The translations under genes and the position numbers were made by a program. A stretch of DNA of 64,000 nt from Monocercomonoides exilis PA203. Taxonomy: Eukaryota > Protista > Preaxostyla. Below, piece after piece: positions 37,441 to 47,714 of this stretch. Location of the stretch: positions 620,001-684,000 of the forward strand of contig LSRY02000030.1 in assembly GCA_001643675.2 (NCBI GenBank), written 5' to 3'. The notes beneath the pieces were generated by a model. It was not told where the DNA came from. It ran no database searches and saw only the letters and a list, made by a program, of their open reading frames with translations. Position 1 is the stretch's first letter, and each line of letters opens with the position of its first letter.

Positions 37441-38274
37441 TAAGAAGAGGAAACTTCTAACTACACAGATTTGATGCTCAGTTGATGAAGCTGCTGAATA
37501 ATGAAGATCACAATAGAAAAACTGTAACTGAAAAATCCACTTTGCCTTTTTATTTTTTTGTTTTTAAGTTTTTCCTTTTTAAAGTATAATGCAAAATAAA
37601 AATTTTATTTATGCATGTTATTTTGATAAAGATTCTGATTGCTTGATATGAATGGGAATTAATATCATCGATGAAATAAACAATAAAATTGAATTTTGAT
37701 TTTCCTATTCAATCATAAATACTATTTGCAAAAAATGCTGTTTGTTTTCGACATTTGATTGTTTTTTGATGATTTCGAAATTCATGCATTCTTTTGTTCC
37801 CTAAATATTCAATGCAAAAGAAAAAACTCATGGGAAATTTATTCGTTCGAAAAAACATGGAAAAAATAGAAAATATTGCATATTTGTATTTCCAAAAAAA
37901 TGAGCACAATAAAAGCAAGCGTTCGAAAACATCACATATCAATGACAAGCAGAAAACAAAGAATTGATATTAAAAAAAGTTGAAAAAATATTTATTGGAT
38001 AGATCGAATTAAAAATATAAAGATATAAAAAGTGCATTATCGACAAATAAAACTAATTTATTATTCATTTATATAACATATTCTTTTGTATTATTTATGA
38101 AAAGAATTTTTAATTGCTGGTCCATATTCTTGGAACTTGCCAAGAAATAATGTCATGATTAAATGATACTCTATTTAACACACTTCACACTATTTCTTAA
38201 TCATGAAAAAAAAAAACGACAAAAGTGTTTTTTGACAAAGAGATGTTGTATTTGAAAGAAACTCATTTTCCAAA

Positions 38275-38540
38275 GTGGTGATTCTTTTTGATATAATCTT
38301 TTTTTTTTAAAACATTTCTGAAAAAAATATCACTTGATTATTTTCAAAAAAAAAAACATTGAAAAGTTAAAATGCTTGAAAAAAATATCTTTATATTTGT
38401 TTTTGCACAAGCATTTGCTTTTTTAAATAGTTGAGCTGTATTTTCAAATTAAATTCATAATTCCTTCACAAAGACAAATTACGTTTGAAAAATAAGTTGC
38501 TCGAAAAAAGTTATGATTTCAAAAATAATCACCCATATAT
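38275..38540. mobile_element. Older copy of the ~260-bp GGGTGATT MITE family
   Basis: GTGGTGATTCTTTTTG ... GAAAAAAGTTATGATTTCAAAAATAATCACCCATATA. The right end matches 15655-15690 and the length is similar. Confidence 0.55.
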
Positions 38541-39840
38541 GATGAAACATCATTATTTCCATTGGGAAATTTGAAGTTTTTTTTAAAATAGTGATCAAAA
38601 AAAGATTTATTTTTTATGACCCAATTATTAAACAAATACAACTTTTTCAAAAAAGAAAAAAAAGGATTGCAAAAAGTTCATTGAAATGCTATTAAAATAA
38701 ATTTTAATAGGAGATGAATATAATATTTTCCTATTTTCAAACGAAGGAATTGCTTTTCACTGTTTCAACGATAGCATTCAATAATCATTTTCATTGAGAT
38801 ATTTTCATTGATTAACAATGATCAACAAAATGATCATTCATTCATTTTTTTTTAACAATTAACAATTCATATAAATGTCCAATTTTTTTATCATCTGGTG
38901 AAAAATTTTTCCCTAAGGCATTTTCATCGAAAAATTAAACTCTCTGGATGAACGTTATGTACAGAAGAAATACAAATGAAAAAAGTTTTTTTCATGAAAT
39001 TTGTGTGAGGGTTTGAAAAAATCTTGAAAGGATATCATTGACATTAATTTGAATACATGAAAAACCATTTTTTTTTGAAATCTTATTAAATTTTATAATT
39101 ATTTGAATGAAACAATAATTAATTGTTTTAAGAGAAAAAAAGCATCTTTGTCCGCATTTTCTCCCATTTGAACATTATTTTACTGTTAATCGAACATGAA
39201 TGAAAAAAATAAAAGGAATATCTGAAATATCATTTATTAAAGATTTATCCAGATTTTCAAAAGATTATCACAGAATAAAATGGAAAGATCGATAGATTCT
39301 TTGTTAAGAATGTTTATATGCACTGTTTCAGTCACAAGAACCACATAAATCTTTGTCTTTTGTTTCTTTGTCATCCACATCCTCTTCATTTCACAATATG
39401 GGTGATTCATTTTTGAAATCACAACTTTTTTCAGTGCGTTGATTTTTCAAAAGTTTCATTTCTTTGAAGAAGAATTATTCATTCAAAAAAAAAAAAATCT
39501 TAAGAATTGTTAAAAATAAAGATGTTTGAAATTGAATTCATCAAAAAATTGTCTTCGAATATAAGTTAAGACTTTTCAATGTTTATATGTCAATAATCAA
39601 AGTGAATACCAAAACCGAAATTTTTGAATAAAATAATCTGGATTCAAAAATTATTAACCATATTTCAAAAAATCGTATTTTCTTTTTTGAAAAGTTGCAC
39701 ATTTTATATTTGTGGGATCAATAAAACAGATTATTTATTAATAACTTTTGTAAACAAATCCTACAATTTTCTCTTCAATATGATTAATCTCACATCAAAT
39801 AAAATTTATTATTCAAATTCGCCAAGTGATGATGCTTGAT

Positions 39841-39841
<1 letters not shown>

Positions 39842-39892
<51 letters not shown>
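39842..39892 (+). repeat. Poly-T tract (~50 nt)
   Basis: Homopolymer visible directly. Confidence 0.95.
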
Positions 39893-39894
<2 letters not shown>

Positions 39895-42289
39895 CGAGCG
39901 AATAATGAAAAATTATTTTCTCACTTTTATATTAAACATATGAAATACAAAAAAAGAAATAACCGATATTCCTTGATTAAAAATCCTGAAAAATACTAAA
40001 GATAATTATTATTTTTAATTTCAGACATTAAGAAAGTCACGTATTTTAATTATTAATTCAAAAATGAAACAAATGTTTTATATTCGGGTTTTATCGAGCA
40101 GATTTATTTTTATCACTTTAAACATCTTTTCAATCGAACTTTTTCAAAATGCAATAAAGAACATGAACATTCATTAAAAGGAAGAATATCTTCATTTCAG
40201 TGAGAATGAATTGATAATAAAAATTTTCTTTTAAAAATTCCTTCAGCAACCTTTTCGGTGAAAATGAAAACCGAATATTTTCAACAAAATATCATTCCAA
40301 CTCATAAAACTTCACAAGAAGGATAAAAAGAACATTATTTAGCATTTGTTTTCATGCCGTTGTATTTTTGTGAGTTGGAATTAATTTTTGATAAATAATT
40401 TCAGTTCTTATTTTCACCAGTTAATCAAACAAAATGAACTTTACAATAAATATTACACATATGGGGAAAATGAATAATATGAAGGATCAAAAAAATAATG
40501 GATGAATTGATGATCAGAAATCGAACACAAATCGTTCAAGAATAACATTTTCTCGAAAGTTCAAAAAATACCAATTTTAATAATTCAATCAACAGCAATG
40601 AACAGAATTTGAAGTTTTGAATTACAGCGATAAGATTTTAATTAATGGAAATTTTGTTGAAAAAACGTTATATTTATTTGCGATAATTGAAGTAACACTT
40701 TGACAAAAATCCAATATTTGAGTGGGGAAAAGCCGTTTGAATATTTCAATAACACAAATTCTGATGTAGTATTTGTTGTAATTATAAAAGATCAATAGCG
40801 AAAAAATCATATTTTGAAAAGATCCATAAGTTATTAATTGAATGATTTCAACACTTTGAAAATTTCAATATTTCAAGATTGTTATATTGTAAACATTAGC
40901 AATGGTGGACACATTCAAAAACCGTGGACAGTGGAATAAACTCAACAGCCGTTGACAGTTAACTTTTCGTCAATTAACTCTATTATTGGCTTGAAGTTTT
41001 CAAATTTTTGTGACACACATAAATGAAACGACTTGCAATTCACCATAAAGAAAAAAACATTTTTTAATTTTTAGAGAGTCTTGAAGAATGTAATTTCTTC
41101 TGATTTCTCATTATAAAAAATTTTTTTTGAATATATTTCGTTACGCAGGAAGAAGAATAATTACGAGGCAAATGAGTTTGTTTTCTTTGAGGGAAAAATT
41201 GTAAAATTTGTTGAAAAGCAACAATCAACGGTTTCAAAAATAGTCCACCATAATTATTTCTTTCTTTTGTTATTTTTGAAATAGTCATAGAATTTCAAAT
41301 AGACCTGTACTACAAGTGGTAATTTTTACCAGTTACTGACACAGGTGACCGACAGGTTCATTTTTTTTTTTGATCAAAAAACAGTTTTATTTTCAGAATT
41401 TAAATTACAAATTTATTCTTACGGAAAAATAAAATTAAATGCTGATTATATGAAATTAGTATTGTTTTTGAAAAAGAAAAAGCATATTCGTAATGAAAGC
41501 GAAAAACTAAAAATTATTTAATATTAAAATTTTCTGATTATGGTTTAGTGACAAGATCAGCGAAACTTGGAATAAAAAAGCCACTGAAATCCACTTTTGT
41601 CACTGACTTGTCACAAGTCTGAAATGTGAAAAAGTTGGAAAAAAACAAGCTAAAGAATTTAATGAACAGAAAAGCAATAATAACATTGAAATTTTAATTA
41701 CTGATAATATGAAACCATAACATTTCAGAGACAATTAAAAAAGTTTGTTTTTACCAAAAAAGAAACAAGTGAAAGTTCAAGAAGGGGCGAAAGAAAGAAG
41801 ATCATTATTTTGTTCACTCGAATATGTGACATGAAACGAAATTATACAAAGTTTTGTTTATTTATATCATATATTTTGTTAACTCATTTGTTATGAATCA
41901 CAAGCAAAGGATTTTTTCTGAGTTAAAAGCAAAAAGAATATCTTTCGAAGATATTGTTATAGGTTTTTTGGAATTCACTGTGACAATAAATGCTTGTTAT
42001 TTTTGAGATATTGATGAAAAACAATACTTGTTTTCAGCTTCGAACCTGATTGAACAAAAGAGTATTATTTGGAGTTTTGCAAGTCAAGAGCACTTGATTT
42101 GTTTGAAACAAAGGAAAAAATTACCTTATGCGTTGTTATTAATCAAATTTTTGGAATAATTAAACAATATTTTTTGATCCACAGATTGAGTTGAAAAACA
42201 ATCTTATGTATTCAAATACGGAAAACACCCGGCAAGAATGCACATGTAGGGACCTCAAATTTTTTGAAAATTTTTGCAAAGAAAAGAAG

Positions 42290-42360
42290 AATACGGGAGG
42301 AATCGAACCCGCATCCTTCTCGTCCTGTTCCAACACCCTAACCTGTTGTGCTATTTCTGG
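42290..42360 (-). other. tRNA-derived sequence / Pol III A+B box, not a canonical tRNA
   Basis: Minus strand has TAGCACAACAGGTTAG (A box/D-arm-like) and GGGTTCGATTCC (B box) at tRNA spacing. The acceptor and anticodon stems do not pair. Confidence 0.6.
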
Positions 42361-42472
42361 ACCCCAATGGGTTTAATTTTCACTTATTCTTTTATCTATA
42401 TCCCTAACCCTAAAAATATGGTCTATAAAAAAACTCACTTTTCTCATCAAAACCATAAAAAGAAGACTCGAG

Positions 42473-42941
42473 TAAACATGTGTGACTTTGTGACTATTGA
42501 CTGACAAAATTGGTTTCCTGACGGGCTGAGTAATAATGTTCACGTCAGAATATCAAAAATAAGAACAAACAATTGCATATGCAAATATTGATAAATATTT
42601 ATTCAAATAAGTAAAGAATGAAAATGCATTTCTCAAAAAAGAATATTGACAAAAAATCAAATTTGAAATGAATTGATCATCGAAATGTTAGTGAAGTCAG
42701 TGAAGTCAGTGACTGTTAATGGAGTCAGTATTCTGCAGGGAAGTGATATAAAATTTATTTATAAAAAAAAAGAAAAGTTCGAAAAATAGAACAAAATGAA
42801 TATATAAATATAATTTGATATATATTACGAAAAGTCCAAAAATCAGAGAAAATAATCTTATTTTTCAAATACCAATACTGACGTGGATTTTTTATAACTG
42901 AAGGACGAGTCAAAATTTTTTAAATCTGTAACACATGTTTA
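42473..42941. mobile_element. 469-bp hAT MITE
   Basis: TIRs TAAACATGTGTGAC and GTAACACATGTTTA. TSD GACTCGAG / GATTCGAG (7/8). TGAC-rich interior. Confidence 0.85.
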
Positions 42942-43165
42942 GATTCGAGACACAACCCTCTAACCTAAAACAACTTTTTGAAGAAGATTTTTATGATAAC
43001 CCTCACACTAAAACAAATACAAAAGTCAGAAAAAGAATTCATTCAAACCCTATAAATATTATTTTGGTTCGATGATCAAAAGGGTCCGCATATGTGCAAT
43101 CTTTCCAAACACCCACATCAGCTTAATCTGTCAGTGTATATTAATTTATATTTTTTTAAGCAATA

Positions 43166-45163
43166 GGGTTATCATTTAACCCCAACCCATTTTTTTATTC
43201 TGACCAAAATTTTTGAAGTGAAAAATTTTGAAAAAATAAAAAAATCCAAAAGAAGAATCAATTCTTCGAATTATCTTTCTTTTTCCTGGTTTTCTTTGCA
43301 TCTCTTCGTTTTCCTCTTCGTTTGGGTCATCAAAAATAACATCAGAGCGTCTTCTTTTGATTTTATGTTTGAATTCAACCATTTCATCTTTTTCGTTTTC
43401 TTTCTCTTGTTTCATGTCTTTTTCCTTCTCCTTTTCTTCATTTCTCCCTTAAAATCTTTCCCAATTGTCGAGAAGTTCTTTTTTTGTTATTAACTTTCCA
43501 AAATAATCGAAACGGAAACGATGGGAAGGATGAGGGTATTTTGAAGATTCCGGCAGTTTGCGAAGAACCGGACTGAAAGTATTATGAATGACTCCGCTTT
43601 CTTCTGAAGCTTTTTTGATGGCAGAAGGAGTGAAAGCGGAGTGAATAGCTTGAGGGAGCACGTCGACAAGTGCTTTTCTCGAAGCAGACGATGAAGTTGA
43701 CGATGGAGCATCAAATGATGAAGAAAGAGAAGTTTTGAGAGTTGCAAATACTCCTCTATCGAGTGGTTGAGACAAATGGGTGCTGTGGGGGATGAGTGTT
43801 ACGACATCTATGTTATTTTCTGAGAAAGTTTTCCAAATTGAAGGATCACCGCGTGAAGGATGAGAGCCGATGAAAAGAAGATATTTCTCTATATCTGGTG
43901 ACATGCGCTTTCTTCTTTCAACGATGGAAGGGAGAAGAACTGTTCCCGCATATTTCTTGAAGTTTTGCTTGTCCATCCAGCCACTTTTATTAGGCCAGAT
44001 GTCCAGAGTTGGAGAGAGAAGAGGCTTCAGTTCGTCCGGTTGTTTAACGCTTGGCCAGAGAATGATGCATGGCAATGAATAACCATCTGCAGCCACGGCA
44101 GCAACAAGTGTTGCATTGTCCATTCTCTGCGCTTCCTTGCAGAACCCAGCGCTTTGTCCAGTTGGATGGATCACTTCAATATTAGCACCAGATGGTACAC
44201 GCAAAGATGATTCATCAACATTAAATATTAATGAAGGTGTGTGATGATTTTTTTCATGTAAATCTGTAATCATGTTATACCAAGGCTTCATTACACTCTT
44301 GCAGGAAACAGCCAGCCTATTTATGTCCAAACTTTTCGGTTTGCTCTTTGTCAACTCAGGATGCAGCTTCAAAAACCCGTACGCTGCAGCATTTGAAACT
44401 GAAATATGTGGCTCGTTTTCTTCTTTTGTATCGTTTGAAACATTTTCCATCTAGAGAAAAAATGTTATTTTTTCAATAAAAAACTTGAGCAAACCAATTC
44501 TCTAGTTTTCTTCATTGTTAAACTGCTCCCACAAATAGAATCAATTTTGATCACATCCAGAACTGTTTCTTCTTTCTCTTTGCTGATTGCCTGCGGTCTC
44601 CCTGGTTTTCCAATTTCAATTTTCGCTCTCAATGATCGAACTGCGTTTTTAATGCTGCTGCGGCTGAATTGCTTAGAATTAATGGCGTCTGTGATCCTGA
44701 CGAAGCCATCATGCACAATATGTGACATTCGTTCCAGTTTATTCTTGTATTTTCTATATTGAAAAGAAAGGACAGTTTGGCATGTTTAAATTTTTTGAGT
44801 CCTTCTTTTCTTTTTTGTTCAAAAAGAATTCTCATTTTTTATTTTTGTGTTTTGATCTTATTTTCAATATTTCAAATAATTAGAAGTTTATTTAATAATT
44901 ATGAAAAATGTTTTGAATGAACAATGCAGCTTTTCACACCTTGAAACCAACCAATTTCTCTTTGAAGTTTGATGGAAGGTTTTAAACCCCCCCATCTCCC
45001 CCCCATGAGAAATAGGCTTCATTTCAAAATACAATTGAAATTCAATATAGATTCCTTTTAAACAAAAAATTGAGTTATTATTTCAAAATGTGGGATATGA
45101 AACTTTTGTAATAAAAAAAAAGGTCAGAGTTAAAAAAAAAAGGAGGGGGTTAAATAATAACCC
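43166..45163 (-). mobile_element. pogo/Tigger-like DNA transposon, copy 2
   Basis: GGGTTATCATTTAACCCC ... GGGGTTAAATAATAACCC with TA TSD. 43166-44980 is near-identical to 13550-15364. Confidence 0.92.
43449..44728 (-). pseudogene. pogo-like transposase copy 2 (intron 44451-44494)
   Basis: Same protein as copy 1 except F>L, with the same D2>G change and in-frame TAA. Confidence 0.85.
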
Positions 45164-45759
45164 TATTTAAGAAAAAATTTTCATCACAATGATCATTCGT
45201 TTTTTTTATCATTTTTGCGATCAAAAAAGAACACTTTTGTTAGATTCTTCTTTTCGTCACTGTGAGAAATGTTGATTGATTGGTTTTAATTTTAATTCTC
45301 ATTTCGCTATTGTGAACAAAAACATATTTGGAAAAACAATGATTCATTTTTTTAAGAAGAAACATAGAAATAATTATCAATACTTAGGAATAATCTCAAG
45401 AAAATATGAATGAACAAGTGCTTATTTTTTCCCTCATAAATCTTTAACAGAGAAAATCATTTGAGGATGTTTTTTATAGAACAGAAGATAATAAATAAGG
45501 CTCAGAAGATATCTCACTTTAATTTTTAACATTCATTTTTCAAAATAAAGTGAGATAAAAAAGGTTAAATTTTTCATTAAAAAAACATGTTGCAATTTTC
45601 CTGAAGTTTTTAAAAATGATGAAAAAAGAGAAAAATCATCATTCAAAAAACAAAATGAGAAGCATTTGTTCATGTATTCGCAAAATTGTCAGCTATAGCT
45701 AATGGTTAAACACGTAAGGATTTTAGTTAAGAAAATCAGTTATTTTATGAAATGTGGAG

Positions 45760-46800
45760 ATGCAATATTCGTATCCTTTTTCTTCCATCTTTTCAAACAT
45801 CTGGATAAATTTTTTTGAAAAGTTCCTTTTGTTTAATTTTCAAATGAAATGTCAATTTCATATTTTCATCAAAATTTTGTTCCCACTTATTAAAGTTCAC
45901 TAAAATGGAAATAAGAACATTGTCTTGATTTTATTTTTATGACAGCGAAATTTGGTGAGTGGGAACAGAAAATTGATTGAAATATGAAATTTTTATTTTA
46001 TTTGAAAATTAAACAAAAGGAACTTTTCAAAAAAATTTAGACATCTTCATTTTGGTTGCCTTTCTTTTCTATTCTTCCATTTCATCTTTCTCCTTTTCTT
46101 TCAATCGACTTGAAAACTCATCGAAAATTTTCAACAAAAAATGTCATTTCGTCATCCGATATCAGTTTCTGTGTCACCTCCAAAAAAACATCAATTGCTC
46201 CGCCTTTCAGAAAGTTATCAACTTTTATTGCTTTGTCATCTGCTGCATTTAGCGGATATATGCATTTCTCGCCATTTCTTCGTAATAATCCCTTGATGCT
46301 GATAATATCTGAGCAACGATGCTGATAAGTTTACCAAATTCTTCATTCCTTAATTGACAACAGCGAAAATAAAAAACAAATTGTTGTTGCCATCCCACTA
46401 AAACAAGCTTTTCTTACGTTTCATTCATTCATTCTTCTTTTTCTCCATTCCAATTTACGCTCTTTATCAACTCTTAAAATTCATCTCTTTCCTCTCTCAA
46501 AAAATGCAGCTCATTTGTATGAATTCCTTTTCAATTTCTATTATACTCAAATCTTTGAAAAAAGCTACCAACCAGACTAATTTTCAAGGAGGATGAGATT
46601 GTGATATCTCTGATGGTATTTTATGATTTCAGCAATCATCTTTAAAAATAGTTCTTATCAAACTATCTAATAAAAAAAAAGAAAGATATAAAATATTAAA
46701 AATTTTGAATTTTGAAATGAACACAAACAAATTATTTCATCATTAAAGTTTTCCTTCCACATCTTTGATAATGCATTTCAAACAGAAAACGCGTGATTTT
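45760..46800 (-). pseudogene. Degraded helical-family gene (NELHF...KRKATKMKMFEKMEEKG)
   Basis: The minus strand retains family motifs (aatgagctgcatttt; gatgtttgaaaagatggaag). Heavily decayed. Confidence 0.6.
45806..46039. mobile_element. Fold-back (hairpin) MITE-like insertion
   Basis: ~85-bp inverted arms (TAAATTTTTTTGAAAAGTTCCTTTTGTTTAATTTTCAAAT.. and its reverse complement). ACATCT is duplicated near both ends. Confidence 0.7.
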
Positions 46801-47107
46801 AATCATTCAAATGAAATCTTTCATGCTTTCGGGTTGAAGAAATTCATGAATTATTTTTACTCAAAATAATCACATGTGTATGAGCACTCAAACCATTTTT
46901 TTGGGGGGGTTTGATATAAATAACAAATTATTTTTATGTATGCTTAAAATTATTTATTTGTTGACGTTATTATGGTTCACATGATCTTATAAGTGTTTGC
47001 GAAAATAAAAATACATCAGTTTTAATTTGTTTATTTTGTTTAAGGCTTTTATTAACATATTCGCATTAAATAAAAATAAGAATTTAAAGACACGTTTTAA
47101 TAAGGTT

Positions 47108-47146
<39 letters not shown>

Positions 47147-47714
47147 TGACCGATAGAGTGAAAATGTTGCATGTCGTGTCGCACAGGTCTAATTTCAAAT
47201 GCAAACACAATGGAAATAAACCTGTCTGACGTGATGACCACTGACGTGAAATTTTTCAATTCTGACGGACTTGACCCAAACATTCACGTCAGCGAAATAT
47301 TTCTCGAATTTTCAGAAGCAGATTTTTTTTTGAAAAATGAATCATTGTCGATTATTATTTCATTATCTTTATTTTTCACTGAATAATTATTCTTTTTTGA
47401 AGCTTTTTTTTCTTGTTTAAAAAACAATAAATTATTAATTTTTATGGGTTACTGACGTGAAGGCAAAAAAGGAATATCAGATCGTCATTGACTGTCCTTG
47501 TCAGTCAGGTCACACTAACGTCTTCATGAGTTTGATTGAAAAAGAAAAGCAATACGGTTTAGCTGAAGAGTTAAAATCGTCATTAGTTAACCCTGAAATA
47601 GTTTGATATTTTTTGTAATTTGATAATTCAGATTCATTTTGCTTTTTATAACGAAATCCAAGTTCAATGCATTTGAAAAAAAAATAAAACAATTGGAAAA
47701 GGTTAATTGTCAAA

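Larger units (their letters stand above)
32820..38141. mobile_element. 5.3-kb non-autonomous GG..CC-ended TIR element (Merlin- or MULE-like) carrying surface-protein cargo
   Basis: TIRs of ~110-150 bp begin GGCAAGTTCCAAGAATATGGACCAGCAATTAAAA (32820..) and the reverse complement ends at 38141. Both flanks contain AAGAAAT (imperfect TSD). Confidence 0.8.
42231..43106. mobile_element. GG..CC-ended MITE (Merlin-like) containing a tRNA-like segment
   Basis: Imperfect TIRs GGCAAGAATGCACATGTAGGGACC and GGTCCGCATATGTGCAATCTTTCC. Perfect 8-bp TSD AAACACCC (42223-30, 43107-14). Confidence 0.8.
41300..47191. mobile_element. Non-autonomous hAT element hosting nested insertions and a helical-family pseudogene
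   Basis: Ends are TAGACCTGT and ACAGGTCTA with a perfect 8-bp TSD ATTTCAAA (41292-99, 47192-99). The left subterminus is TGAC-rich. Confidence 0.85.

Noticed and set aside
42290-42360. Functional tRNA gene
   Set aside because: The acceptor and anticodon stems do not pair; kept only as tRNA-derived.
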